This document shows, in pieces, positions 31,067 through 41,662 of a stretch of 64,000 bases of DNA. Origin of the DNA: a virus (taxonomy: Duplodnaviria; Caudoviricetes); IMG/VR virus record IMGVR_UViG_2593339273_000007, positions 1-64,000 of that record; one strand, 5' to 3'. Positions within the stretch are counted from its first letter, which is position 1. The number at the start of each line of letters is the position of its first letter. Below the pieces are notes generated by a model. It saw only the letters and a program-made list of their open reading frames with translations. It had not been told where the DNA came from and ran no database searches. The translations under genes were made by a program, and so were the position numbers.

Positions 31067-31552
31067 CTACAAACTCTGCTCCTTATGTTTTTCTTTGATT
31101 TTATCTTTTTGATGTGTATTTTTAACTTTTTCTCTAAAATGATTTAACTTATCTATTACAGATTCTTTCTTTTTATCTTTCCCTGCAAATTTTGCAACCG
31201 CTTCTTTAAATGCCTGTTCCATTACCTTTTCATCTTTTGCCTGAAAGAAAATTATATTGTTTCCCGTAGTGAGATCTTTTTTGATACTGAATTTCACGCC
31301 ATTTTTATTTAGTTCTCTTTTTAGGTTTTTTAAGTCCACATCATTTAATTCTAAGGTTTCCACTTTGCCTTTTTTTACTAAATCTTTTACTGTAGTAGGC
31401 TTTTGTTTGCCGATGAAATCCTTTAATCCGTTTTTCTCTTTTTCTGCCTTGTTAAGTATCATTTTCATCAGTTTTACAACTTCTCTTGCCGTTAGATGAA
31501 TTGCCCTTTTTTTTACCGCAATCACTTGTCTTGTTACTTCTTCATTGATCAA
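31067..31552 (-). CDS. pcfB: PcfB-family (DUF3801) protein
   Basis: GVKFSIKKD...IFFQAKD motif; immediately upstream of virD4. Confidence 0.85.
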   Translation of the reverse strand: MINEEVTRQVIAVKKRAIHLTAREVVKLMKMILNKAEKEKNGLKDFIGKQKPTTVKDLVKKGKVETLELNDVDLKNLKRELNKNGVKFSIKKDLTTGNNIIFFQAKDEKVMEQAFKEAVAKFAGKDKKKESVIDKLNHFREKVKNTHQKDKIKEKHKEQSL

Positions 31553-31556
31553 TATA

Positions 31557-32411
31557 TCACCTACTTTCCATCAAAATTAAATTAGCTGTCATTGCCTTTT
31601 CCCTCATGGTTTTTATTCTATGATTTTCCCCATTGAAGATAATAGGTGTTGCCATTTCGAGAAGTCTGGAATAGATTCTCTTTTCTTTTAAATCTGTTGT
31701 GTTCATCAGATGAGAGATTGATAAATTTGTTGTAACAATAATAGGCTTATTTGCCCTATATCTGCTGTCTATGATGTTAAAGATATGTTCTAGGGCAAAA
31801 GATGTATCTCTTTGTATTCCAAAATCATCTATAATCAAAAGTCTATTACTGTTTAGATTTTTGATATACATATTTTTATCTATCTGTAGATTCATCATAT
31901 CGTTTAATATCACTCCGAAGTTTGTCATTCTAACAGAGATTCCTTTTTCTATCAGGGCATTTGCAATAGAGGATGCCAAATATGTTTTTCCGGTTCCTAC
32001 CGCCCCTGTCAATATAAGTCCTATATTTTCTTTTTCCATATCCTCAAAATGCTTTACATAATTTAAGCCTGCCTGTTTATGCTCCAAACTTCCATCTTCT
32101 TGTTCAAAAGTTTGTTTATACATAAGATCATCATCAAATGCCATACTTTTGAGTCTATTTATACGCATACTATGTTCAAATTCTTCCATTTCTTTTCGTT
32201 CTTTTTCCATCTCTTTGCTTCTACAATCACAATTTTTAGGTATTTTTCTTAAGACACCACCGACATTTGCCATCTGTTGCTTGGCTGTATGGCATTTTCC
32301 ACAATAGACAAGTCCATCTTCACTATTTACATAATCTCCATTTTCCTCATTTAGCATATTCTTTTCCATATTTTCAAATACCTTATCGAAAAGTTCTCTT
32401 GTAGTTTCCAT
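31557..32411 (-). CDS. DnaC/IstB-like helicase-loader ATPase
   Basis: CGKC...CDC Zn motif, GAVGTGKT, IIDDFG, TTNL. Confidence 0.9.
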   Translation of the reverse strand: METTRELFDKVFENMEKNMLNEENGDYVNSEDGLVYCGKCHTAKQQMANVGGVLRKIPKNCDCRSKEMEKERKEMEEFEHSMRINRLKSMAFDDDLMYKQTFEQEDGSLEHKQAGLNYVKHFEDMEKENIGLILTGAVGTGKTYLASSIANALIEKGISVRMTNFGVILNDMMNLQIDKNMYIKNLNSNRLLIIDDFGIQRDTSFALEHIFNIIDSRYRANKPIIVTTNLSISHLMNTTDLKEKRIYSRLLEMATPIIFNGENHRIKTMREKAMTANLILMESR

Positions 32412-32456
32412 TCTCGATCCTCTCTTTCACTAAATTTTATTTTTTAAGCCTTTCAA

Positions 32457-33467
32457 TCATTTTCCCTTTAAAAAATCTTGCCATATTCTTTCATCATCAG
32501 CATAATTCTCCAGATTTCCTGTGTTTGTTGACTGTTTATTGTAATAAATAATGTTTATAGGAGCATTGTAGATAATAGATAGTAGATATGCTCTAAAATG
32601 TGTAATCTTAGATGTATTTTCTTTTAGAACTAACAATATATACTCTATATGCTCTTTTTTGATTTCTAATAACCTTCCCCTAATTTTTTCATAACTTATC
32701 CAAGTCTGATTTATTTTCAAATCTCTTTTACCTTCAACTGCATCCACCATAATTTCTACGACAAAATCTATATTTTCTTTTGTAGGGCTATCTCTATCCA
32801 TAAAATCTAAATATGAAATATTTTGCTTGATTATTTTTTCTACTTGACCTCCTTCCTCTTTTTTCAATTTTCTCTTACATCCTGTTTTATCTATGGAGGT
32901 GGTCTTACTAATATCAGGTTCACTCTTTTTAGTTTTATTTATATTAGTCTTATTACAGTTTGTTTTTGAAACTTCTTGAGGTTTGTTTTCTAAATTTCTT
33001 GAAGTTTGTTTTTCAAACTTCTGTAAGTTTACTTTTGAAACTTCTTGAAATTTAACATTTAAACTTCTATCTTCACTAGTTTCTTCTTCTGCTGTCCTAT
33101 TTTCTTCTTTTGTTTCTACAAGAAAACTTTTGACATAGATTATGTTCGGTTTTCCAAGCCCTCTTCTTTTCTTTTCTATCAGTCCGAAATCTTGTATTTC
33201 TTTCATAATATTGATTGCCTTGTTTCTGCCTATATTCATAGTTTCTTCTATTTCATCTATGGTAAATATGATGAATACTTTATTTTCTTCATCTAACCAC
33301 CCATTTTTCATAGATAAGCTCATTCTATCGAGCAAAATAGCATACAAAACTTTTGCATCGCTACTTAATGTTTTAAAAATGCTGTCTGTATATAAAATTT
33401 TAGGTATTTTAAAGAAGGAGTATTGATCTGCTTCTTTTCCGTAATAATAGCTAAATTTAATATTCAT
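32457..33467 (-). CDS. repA: RepA_N replication initiator
   Basis: FFKIPKIL...LSSDAKVLYAILLDRMSLS..NGWLDE...GLGKPNIIYVK. Confidence 0.92.
   Translation of the reverse strand: MNIKFSYYYGKEADQYSFFKIPKILYTDSIFKTLSSDAKVLYAILLDRMSLSMKNGWLDEENKVFIIFTIDEIEETMNIGRNKAINIMKEIQDFGLIEKKRRGLGKPNIIYVKSFLVETKEENRTAEEETSEDRSLNVKFQEVSKVNLQKFEKQTSRNLENKPQEVSKTNCNKTNINKTKKSEPDISKTTSIDKTGCKRKLKKEEGGQVEKIIKQNISYLDFMDRDSPTKENIDFVVEIMVDAVEGKRDLKINQTWISYEKIRGRLLEIKKEHIEYILLVLKENTSKITHFRAYLLSIIYNAPINIIYYNKQSTNTGNLENYADDERIWQDFLKGK
32958..33072. repeat. Five 23-bp iteron-like tandem repeats inside repA (putative oriV)
   Basis: Units such as GTTTGTTTTTGAAACTTCTTGAG at 32958, 32981, 33004, 33027 and 33050; period is not a multiple of 3. 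Confidence 0.8.
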
Positions 33468-33505
33468 AACTTCCTCCTTCCTGTATTTTTATTTGTTTTA
33501 GCAAC

Positions 33506-33538
33506 AAAAAAAGAGATAACTTCTTTGCTATCTCTTTG
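33506..33538 (-). terminator. Intrinsic terminator downstream of the Bro-N gene
   Basis: AAAGAGATA...TATCTCTTT hairpin with T-run. Confidence 0.6.
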
Positions 33539-33565
33539 AAAATATCTTAATTTTAGTTGTTATCT

Positions 33566-34435
33566 TTACTCTGTTTTATCTTCAGAATTTGTATTTTCTA
33601 TTATAGGGTCTTTTACAACATCTTCTATAAGTTTTGACATATCTACTGCATTTTTAGAAGTGATAACTGGTTTTCCGGTTTCTTTCTCAATTTCCTTTCT
33701 TGCATTGCCCGCTATACTGCCTCCTCTTTTTGCAACTTTTCTATTTTCTTCTAATCCTTTAGGATTGGTCGTTTTGGTAAGTTCTGTTGTCGTGGCTTCT
33801 GCAAGCATATTGAGAACTACTTCAAGAGTAGTCATATTATCCCTTAAATTCTCCTTTTTCAGTCCTTTTAGATTTTTGTATCCTCTTGTTGTCATTCCGG
33901 ACCATGCTTTAGTGATTTCATCGGTAAGGATTGCATATTCAATTCCTTTTTCAATCCCATGATCCTCCCAAGCATCCGTAAGTTCCTTTCTTACTTGAAT
34001 AGCTTGTAATCTTTGATTTATCCACTCTCTTGAATAGCCCTTCTTCAAATATGTTTCTAAGGCTCTGTCAATAGTAAGTTCCGGATCAACAATTTCATCA
34101 ATTCGCTCTTTTCCTACTTCCGCAAGCCATAATTTGAAAGGCTCTGCCTTTGGGGATGGAATGGACTGAATAATACGGAAAATATCTTTCATATTTCCCG
34201 CCAATATTTTTCTTTTTTTGCCACTTGATGATTTCATTTCTACCTGGGGACAATTTGTCCCTATGTAGAAAGCTAACTGTTCATCACGTTTTCTCATCTT
34301 CTTGAGATAATCTGTTGGATTTTTACTTTCTGACAAGACTCCAACTACATCGACTACTGAAAAATACCATTCTTCTTTTTCTTCATCCCAAAAAGAGCGT
34401 ATTTCTTTATTTTCATATAGTTTTATTTCATCCAT
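33566..34435 (-). CDS. Bro-N domain DNA-binding protein
   Basis: IRSFWDEEKEEWYFSVVDVV, IQSIPSPKAEPFKLWLA and NLRDNMT motifs. Confidence 0.88.
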   Translation of the reverse strand: MDEIKLYENKEIRSFWDEEKEEWYFSVVDVVGVLSESKNPTDYLKKMRKRDEQLAFYIGTNCPQVEMKSSSGKKRKILAGNMKDIFRIIQSIPSPKAEPFKLWLAEVGKERIDEIVDPELTIDRALETYLKKGYSREWINQRLQAIQVRKELTDAWEDHGIEKGIEYAILTDEITKAWSGMTTRGYKNLKGLKKENLRDNMTTLEVVLNMLAEATTTELTKTTNPKGLEENRKVAKRGGSIAGNARKEIEKETGKPVITSKNAVDMSKLIEDVVKDPIIENTNSEDKTE

Positions 34436-34534
34436 TACATCTACCTCTTTTATATATTATCCTGTTAAATAAGCTCTTTTTTTACCTCTTTAGCACCTTA
34501 TATTATACCCTAAATTTGTAATCTTGTCTTTCTG

Positions 34535-35499
34535 CTAACGGAGATACTCTTTAAAGTAAATTTCCAGTGCTTTTTCTATAATCCCTTCTGCTTCTTCTTT
34601 CGCTTTATCTTGAAAGAATTTTTGATAAATACTCTGAGATAACTTGATATTCTGATACTCTTTCATCTTCGGTTTTTTCAAGTTCAGCAAGTATGTTGTA
34701 ATCATCTCCTTATTCAGTTCTTCTTGTCTGTTCATCAAATGAGGTGCTTTAGTATCGCTTGATTTTAAGGTTAATTCCAATTCTTCATACTGCTGATACA
34801 GATAATCCTGTATCTCTTTTGGAAGATAGGATAAATCTACTGCCATTGTCAGTCCTATTTTTTCGTTATCAACATCTTGTTTCCAAGAATCAGACAATTC
34901 ATTTAATCTTAAATATCTTGCAATAGATGCCCCCGAAAGATGATATTCTTTTCCGAGTGATTTTCTGCTGTCTGTTTTATCTTCCGCTTTGCTTTCCTTT
35001 TCTATAATACCCCTATCTAAATTGTTTATCTCTTTTTGTAAATCGTTCCTCTTGCCCTGACTTGCTATTTTTTCATATCGCACTTTAAGGACAAGAGCTT
35101 TTTCGGTTGGTAGCAGGTCGGAAAAGGATCGTTGCATCAGATTGGTTTCTATCACATAGGTATAGGCTTCTTCTTCGGAAAGATGTTCTTTGACGATACA
35201 GGGAACGGTTTTTAGATTGGCAAGTCTGGCTGCATTCACTCTGTTATGTCCGGAGAGTATTTCATAAGCTCCATCTTCTTTTTTGAGTACGATAATTGGA
35301 TTAAGTATTCCGTTTTCTCTTATACTATCTACCATATCCTCCAGTCTCTTGCCGGTGTATAGGGTAAATGGATGGTCGTGGTAAGCTTCCAACAAGTCAA
35401 TTTCTATATCCTGTATATCCCCCTGTTCCAAGACACCTACATCATCCAGTAAAATATCGACCGCATCGGTTATTTCTCTTTTCACAAGTTTTTTACTCA
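34535..35499 (-). CDS. parB: ParB-family partition protein (start probably MSKKL at 35499)
   Basis: GILNPIIV...YEILSGHNR...ETNLMQR, HTH. Confidence 0.92.
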
Positions 35500-36269
35500 T
35501 AGCAGATCTCCTTTGCCAAATTGTCATATGCAATATCTACGCTGCTGCCTTTTGCATATTTTTTTATACTTTGACCGCTGTATATGGATTCACCCACTTT
35601 GACTGTTTTGGGGATTTTGGTTTGAAATACCTCTACCTTTCCCTGATACATTTCTTCCACCTGCTGAGTAAGGAGTTTTGAAAGATTTGTCCTGTTATCG
35701 CACATGGTAAGCAAGATGCCTTTTACCTTTAGACTTGCGTTGACCCTCTTTTTAATTTTTTGAATGGTTTTTAAAAGTTCACTGATTCCGACGATTGCAA
35801 ACAACTGTGTATCTGCTGTAATAAGCACACTATCCGATGCACAAAGTGCATTGATGGTCAAGATATTCAGCGATGGAGAAGTGTCTATCAGGATGTAGTC
35901 ATACTGCTCTCGTATAGGTTCAAGGATGCTTGATAGGATTCGTTCACTTCCGGTTTCTGCTTTCATCTGCGTTTCTGTAACGGATAGATAAATGCTTGAT
36001 GGAATAAAGTCTATGCCATCATAGGATAGGATATATCCCTTCGCCAAGTAGTTTTCTTCCTCTAATTCTGCCATTAACAGATGTCCTATGGTTTCTGTAA
36101 GTTCATTGGCATTTTCTATGCCAAAGCATCTTGTGAGATTAGCTTGCGGATCAAGGTCAATGACGAATACTTTTTTGCCGAGTTCTTTTAATGAATACGC
36201 AAGATTTAATGTTGTCGTTGTTTTTCCAACTCCACCTTTTCGATTGGCAACGGTGATAATTTCTGCCAT
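35493..36269 (-). CDS. parA: ParA/Soj ATPase
   Basis: NRKGGVGKTTT, DLDPQANLT and IDTSP motifs. Confidence 0.95.
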   Translation of the reverse strand: MAEIITVANRKGGVGKTTTTLNLAYSLKELGKKVFVIDLDPQANLTRCFGIENANELTETIGHLLMAELEEENYLAKGYILSYDGIDFIPSSIYLSVTETQMKAETGSERILSSILEPIREQYDYILIDTSPSLNILTINALCASDSVLITADTQLFAIVGISELLKTIQKIKKRVNASLKVKGILLTMCDNRTNLSKLLTQQVEEMYQGKVEVFQTKIPKTVKVGESIYSGQSIKKYAKGSSVDIAYDNLAKEICYE

Positions 36270-36605
36270 AGTATGCCCCCTTCTTCTCTATACAGAGATT
36301 TCATTTTATGCTATACTTTTATACAAATTTTGAGTATAAAAAATGATGACAGTCTATCCATCATCAAAGTTTAAAAGTTTTGTGGAAGCCTTTAACCCTT
36401 GATTTTTCTTGGATTTATTGTACTGTCATCATTATAGCATTATCCCCACACCCACTTTCGCCACAAAGTACTACACATTGACCTTTTGATATAGTTCCTT
36501 TTACATTATCTAATGTCTTTTCTTTTTTTCCTTCATAAGCAAAGTCTATTTTAAAATCCAAAATATCTTCACTTCTATCAGTTATACGACTCATAAATTC
36601 AACCC

Positions 36606-37328
36606 TTATTTTATAAATTCATTAAAAATCTTTTTCCAACCTGCTCCAATAAATTCCCCCAGCATTTTTACATATTCAATAGTTTCATCCTTGCTATATC
36701 CTTTTTTGATAATTAAGGCATAGATATTGAATTGTTGACTCATTAAAAGTTCCACTAAATCCAATTTCATCTCACTTATATCTGAGTCAATGTTTTCCTT
36801 TATAAATGTCTTTGTTTGAAATATTTTATTTTTCATCATTTCATCAAACATAGCCTCAACGGAGCTTCCTTTGCTGCAACATAGCAAAAGTTTACATTCC
36901 TCATAATATTCAAACAGAAGATCTATATACCTTGCAGTTTCTTTCTCTATATTCTTCAAAAAATCTTCAAAATTTTTATCTGTGCGATAATTCATATATG
37001 ATGCTCTATTATCTTTCACCTCTCTATTCAAAGCTTCTAAAAAATCTTCAATCAGACTATAAAAAAGTTCATCCTTTCCTTTGTATCTCGTATATATAGC
37101 CCCGGTTGTAACTCCTGCTTTTTTAGCAATATTACTTATTGCGGTAGCTTGAAATCCATTTTTCAAAAATTCTATTTTAGCAGCTTCTATAATTGGTTTA
37201 TCCAGTTCATGATTTTTATTAGCCATGTTCATTCCTCCTCGTGTTAAAAATACCATGTTTTTATAATCAATAATATCATAATCGATAATTATATTATTGA
37301 TTATACAGCAGTTAGTGTAATCTAACAA
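36606..37328 (-). CDS. TetR/AcrR-family regulator (true start probably MNMANKN at about 37232-37226)
   Basis: IIEAAKIEFLKNGF...IAKKAGVTTGAIYTRYKGKDELF HTH; GAGGAGG RBS. Confidence 0.9.
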   Translation of the reverse strand: MLDYTNCCIINNIIIDYDIIDYKNMVFLTRGGMNMANKNHELDKPIIEAAKIEFLKNGFQATAISNIAKKAGVTTGAIYTRYKGKDELFYSLIEDFLEALNREVKDNRASYMNYRTDKNFEDFLKNIEKETARYIDLLFEYYEECKLLLCCSKGSSVEAMFDEMMKNKIFQTKTFIKENIDSDISEMKLDLVELLMSQQFNIYALIIKKGYSKDETIEYVKMLGEFIGAGWKKIFNEFIK

Positions 37329-37422
37329 GTCCTGAGTAAAGGTTTCGTATATTTTTCACGCTAACTTCACTGGTATTCCCTCTCTTTTTAAAACCTTTAA
37401 TTTTTCCTGTTTTTCTATTCTC

Positions 37423-37494
37423 TCATTTGTAAACTTCTTCACTGACAGGTATAGCTTTCCCTTTGACATAGATGTAATATTCTTTTTTATCCAT
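37423..37494 (-). pseudogene. 23-codon remnant of an ICE sigma-factor-like regulator
   Basis: AGGAGG RBS followed by MDKKEYYIYVKGKAIPVSEEVYK*, resembling the N-terminus of ICE sigma70-region-4 proteins (recalled). Confidence 0.5.
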
Positions 37495-37539
37495 TGTGCG
37501 TTCCTCCTTTTTCTGCTCTCTGATTTTGGTTTTTGAGAA

Positions 37540-37612
37540 TAAAAAAGGAGGACTTCTACACTTTGGCGTAAAAAGTCCTCCGATTACAACAAGGAAATTG
37601 TCCTTTGTTGTA
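37540..37612 (-). terminator. Double hairpin and terminator downstream of the adhesin gene
   Basis: TACAACAA...TTGTTGTA hairpin, then GGAGGACTT...AAGTCCTCC followed by T6. Confidence 0.7.
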
Positions 37613-37699
37613 TGGTCTTTATTCAGTTTTCGGTCTTGATTACTTAAAAATCTTTGTTATTGTTTTCACTTCTTTGTCTCCATTCCCATAATACAAATT

Positions 37700-40600
37700 T
37701 TACTTTGCGTGTTTTCTTTTTCTAATACCTAACAGAATAAGTAAACTTCCTGAAGCGAACATCAACCAAGCATATAGGGATAGGTTTGCTCCATCTCCTG
37801 TTTTAGGTAAGCTATTGTTTGTACTTGTGTTTGGTACTTTCGGTTTTTCAGTATTTGGTGGTGTTGGTGGAGTTTCTTTCTCATTAGTGATAGTAAGCCC
37901 ATCTTTCATGCTTCCTCCATAGACTACCTTATACTGCTTGCCATCAAATTTAATGGCATTACCATCTTCTCCTACTTCTTTAACTGTGTATTTGTAGTAG
38001 TCTGTACTTCCAAGTCCATTTGCCACTGCAAGATTTTTGAATACTCCGCTCCAGTTATTACCTGCATTTAATTCAAGTGTTTTTCCTGTAGGATTACCAT
38101 CTTTATATAGTTCTACGGTAATTTTTTCCGTTGGAGCTGTAATGGTGTTTCCTTTATGGTCTTTCCACAGCTTTGTTACCTTGACTTCCCTAATTGGAGG
38201 TTCCATAGGTGTCCATGGTTTTTCCTTTTGATTAGTGATGGTAAAGCCGTCTTTCATGCTTCCGCTATAACTTACCTTAAACCACTTACCATCAAGTTTA
38301 ATGGAACCTGTTGTTTCTCCGATTTCCTTTACTGTATATTGGTAATAATTGGTGCTTCCAAGTCCATCTGCTACTTCAAGGTTCTTAAACTCTCCTGTCC
38401 AGTTATTATCCTTTGTTAGTTCAAGTTTCTTTCCTGTGGCTACTCCATCTTTGTATAGTTCTACTTCAACTTTTTCAACAGGAGCAGTTAAAACATTTCC
38501 ATTATCATTTTTCCATTCCTTAGTAACCTTGATAGTTCTTGTTGGTGGCTCCATTGGTGTCCATGGCGTCTTTTCTTTGTTGGTAATGGTAAAACCATCT
38601 GCCATAGTTCCGTCATAACTTACTCCGAACCACTTACCATCAAACTGAATAGCAGAACCAATTTCCCCTACTTCTTTGACAGTATATTTATAGTAGTTGG
38701 TACTTCCAAGTCCGTCTGCCACTTCAAGGTTCTTAAACTCTCCTGTCCAGTTATTATCTTTTGTCAGTTCAAGTTTCTTGCCTGTAGCGTCTCCGTCCTT
38801 ATATAGTTCTACTTCTATCTTTGTATCAGGTATATTGTTTCCTGCAAGAAGGTCCCATGCCTTTGTTACCTTGATAGTTCTTGTTGGTGGTATCATCGGT
38901 GTCCATGGCGTCTTTTCTTTGTTGGTAATGGTAAAACCATCTGCCATAGTTCCGTCATAGCTTACTCCGAACCATTTATCATTGAATTGAATAGCTGATC
39001 CAACTTCCCCTACTTCTTTAACGGTATACTTATGAATGGTAGGATTTTCTATTGACTCATAGACTTTCAGTTTTTCAAAAGTTACCGTCCAGTTATTATC
39101 CTTTGTAAGCTCTTTTATATCTCCTGTGGCAATTCCGTCTTTATATAGTTCTACTTTAATCTTATCAACAGGAGCTTCATTCAAATTACTTCCTGAAATG
39201 TCTTTCCACTCTTTAGTTACCTTAATATCTCTTGTAGGTGGTATCATCGGTGTCCAAGGGGAAAGTTTTTTGTTGGTAACTGTTAGTCCATCTTGTGTGT
39301 TGCCTCCGTAGCTAACCTTATACCAATCTCCATTAAGCTGAATGGAATTAGCTGTTTCTCCTACTTCTTTTACTGTGTAGTTATATTCATTTCCTTGTGC
39401 ATCTGTTTTATCAAGGTCGGTCCAAGTATATGTGGTTGTTCCGTTTGTTAATTCAATCGGACTCCCCTCATTTTGTCCGTTCTTTAGAAGCTGTAATTTG
39501 ATTGTCGGATGATTTCCTGTTACACCTTCCCATTCTTTGGTTACTTTTACCTCTGTTTTATCTTGTGTATTCTTAATAATCCATAAGTTGTCAGATTCCT
39601 GTTCATAGGTAGCTGCATAACCTTGCGGAACATTCTTCTCTACCACCTTATATTTAATAAGCGTACCGTCCGCTGTATACTTATCAAGTCCCGTAAAGGT
39701 GTGCTTCCAACCTTCACTTTTCTTGAGTTCATATTCTTTTATTACATCGTTGCTACCTTCAGCTCTAAGCTCTACAAGTACAGAATCTCTTTCTGCTCCT
39801 ATCCATTTCTTTTTTACAGAAACTTCTGTTTTTTCAACATTGGTATTGGTGATAACCCACTTGCCTGTTGGATCTTTTTCGTAAGAAACTTTATATCCAT
39901 TTGGAACATTTTTCTCTACTACCTTGTATTTAATAAGCGTGCCGTCCGGTGCGTATTTATCAAGTCCTGTAAAGATATGTTCCCAATTTTCATTTGCCTT
40001 AAGCTCATATTCTGCTACTACATCATTACTACCTTCGGCTTTAACCTGTACGACTACAGAATCACCTGCTGGTCCTACCCATTTCTTTTCTACAGGAATA
40101 TCTACCTTTTCATTATTGGTATTTGTTATGATAAAGCCATCTCCTATTGAACCTGAAATAGATGGAGTATACCCCTGCAAGACATCTTTTTCCTCTGCAA
40201 TGTATTTAATTTCTTCACCTGTTTTAGCATTGTATTTTCTAAGGTTTGTAAAAGTATATTCCCAATCAGGAGCAGACAGTTTATGTTCAGCAACCGGTAC
40301 TCCATCTGCTTTCAAAACAACTGTAACTTCAGAACCTACCGGTCCTATCCATTTCTTTTGGACTTTAATGTCTATTTTCTCCGGTTCGTTTGTGATTGTT
40401 TTTATCTCAAGATTATCAGATGTAACGACCACTGTATATTTCGTGTTGTCAACCAAATAATGATCCGGTGCGGCTATTTCTTCTATTTCATACTCTCCCG
40501 GAATCAATTGCATAGTAACAGCTTCTCCATTTGAATCGGTTATGACCTCAAATGTTGCTCCTGAGGCTTTTCTTGTGATTTTAAATTTAGCATTTTTTAA

Positions 40601-41662
40601 TTTAATTTCTTCATTATCTTCAGCAACTTTAACGATTTTAATCTTGCTCGTTAAATTTCCTTGTCCGCCACCGCCACTTTCTGCATCTTGAAACTGACTT
40701 TGTACAATTTTCCCTGTTTCTGTGCTTGTAAGTTCAGCTGTATTTTTTAATTTAAGTCCTTGTCTATATGTTGAACGATAATGCAGCATATAGGCTTTCC
40801 CATCAAGATTTCCCATGCTATAAGTGAAACTTCTTTTATCTGAAGATAATGTGACTTGATTACTTACATTTACAGGATTTTTTTCAACAGGTTTACCATC
40901 TTCAAAGACTATTTCATATAAAACAAACTCACCTGCCACATACTCAATGCCTTCTGGACTTCCCGGATCTTCCACTTCCAATGTATCTTTGATAATAACA
41001 TTGTTCAAATCACCTTGCTTTGCGTTTATTCGGATTCTCCATCTGACCAGACTGTCACTTGTTAATGTTTGCCCTGAAACTTTATAAAGAATCTCATTTC
41101 CATATTGTGGTGGCACATATGGTTTTAATGTAATATGCGGATTAAAAGAACCGACAGCAATTTCGTATTCACCCTCCTGCTCGACAGGATATGATGTTGT
41201 ATTCCATCTTGCTGTTAAGTGCATATCTCCAGTTATATTGAACTTATCATTGACATAGCTTGTAAAGGTTACTTTAATTTTACCGCCACCGGGTTCTTGC
41301 GGTGTAATAACAGCCCTTGCCATCAACTCCCCTGAAGGAGCATTTATATCAAAATTACAGTATGATGACTCTGGTGGAAATTTAAACTGATCCGGTAAGT
41401 CTATTTCAAAGTAATCTCCTTCGTGTAGTTCATTTCCATGACTTGAAGCATCCCACTTATAGTTCAACTTAAATAATGAGTTGGAAAAATACCCATCAGG
41501 TGGTACAACACCTTCTGAATTTGTGATACTAAAATCTGTAATGTTAACTTGAACTTCCTTGTTCTCCGCAAATACAGTTTCAATTGGTATAAACATACCT
41601 AAAAGCATAACAAAAACTAAGAAGAATGAAGTTAGCTTTTGTATGTTACCTCTTTTTTTCAT
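37700..41662 (-). CDS. LPXTG-anchored Cna-B repeat adhesin
   Basis: Signal peptide, N-terminal Ig/collagen-binding-like domains, about 8 Cna-B repeats (V.K.W...Y.V.E...ITN), LPKTG, TM and basic tail. Confidence 0.93.
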   Translation of the reverse strand: MKKRGNIQKLTSFFLVFVMLLGMFIPIETVFAENKEVQVNITDFSITNSEGVVPPDGYFSNSLFKLNYKWDASSHGNELHEGDYFEIDLPDQFKFPPESSYCNFDINAPSGELMARAVITPQEPGGGKIKVTFTSYVNDKFNITGDMHLTARWNTTSYPVEQEGEYEIAVGSFNPHITLKPYVPPQYGNEILYKVSGQTLTSDSLVRWRIRINAKQGDLNNVIIKDTLEVEDPGSPEGIEYVAGEFVLYEIVFEDGKPVEKNPVNVSNQVTLSSDKRSFTYSMGNLDGKAYMLHYRSTYRQGLKLKNTAELTSTETGKIVQSQFQDAESGGGGQGNLTSKIKIVKVAEDNEEIKLKNAKFKITRKASGATFEVITDSNGEAVTMQLIPGEYEIEEIAAPDHYLVDNTKYTVVVTSDNLEIKTITNEPEKIDIKVQKKWIGPVGSEVTVVLKADGVPVAEHKLSAPDWEYTFTNLRKYNAKTGEEIKYIAEEKDVLQGYTPSISGSIGDGFIITNTNNEKVDIPVEKKWVGPAGDSVVVQVKAEGSNDVVAEYELKANENWEHIFTGLDKYAPDGTLIKYKVVEKNVPNGYKVSYEKDPTGKWVITNTNVEKTEVSVKKKWIGAERDSVLVELRAEGSNDVIKEYELKKSEGWKHTFTGLDKYTADGTLIKYKVVEKNVPQGYAATYEQESDNLWIIKNTQDKTEVKVTKEWEGVTGNHPTIKLQLLKNGQNEGSPIELTNGTTTYTWTDLDKTDAQGNEYNYTVKEVGETANSIQLNGDWYKVSYGGNTQDGLTVTNKKLSPWTPMIPPTRDIKVTKEWKDISGSNLNEAPVDKIKVELYKDGIATGDIKELTKDNNWTVTFEKLKVYESIENPTIHKYTVKEVGEVGSAIQFNDKWFGVSYDGTMADGFTITNKEKTPWTPMIPPTRTIKVTKAWDLLAGNNIPDTKIEVELYKDGDATGKKLELTKDNNWTGEFKNLEVADGLGSTNYYKYTVKEVGEIGSAIQFDGKWFGVSYDGTMADGFTITNKEKTPWTPMEPPTRTIKVTKEWKNDNGNVLTAPVEKVEVELYKDGVATGKKLELTKDNNWTGEFKNLEVADGLGSTNYYQYTVKEIGETTGSIKLDGKWFKVSYSGSMKDGFTITNQKEKPWTPMEPPIREVKVTKLWKDHKGNTITAPTEKITVELYKDGNPTGKTLELNAGNNWSGVFKNLAVANGLGSTDYYKYTVKEVGEDGNAIKFDGKQYKVVYGGSMKDGLTITNEKETPPTPPNTEKPKVPNTSTNNSLPKTGDGANLSLYAWLMFASGSLLILLGIRKRKHAK
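37880..40390. repeat. Coding tandem repeats of Cna-B domains (about 348-bp units in the C-terminal part)
   Basis: Near-identical blocks at 38349 and 38697; PWTPMxPP linkers. Confidence 0.85.

Noticed and set aside
32958-33072. 23-bp repeats as a CRISPR array
   Set aside because: Contiguous with no spacers, no cas genes, and inside repA: iterons
37880-40390. Adhesin repeats near a resolvase as a shufflon or DGR
   Set aside because: Repeats are direct, in-frame domain duplications; no inverted cassettes, reverse transcriptase or adenine-specific variation seen
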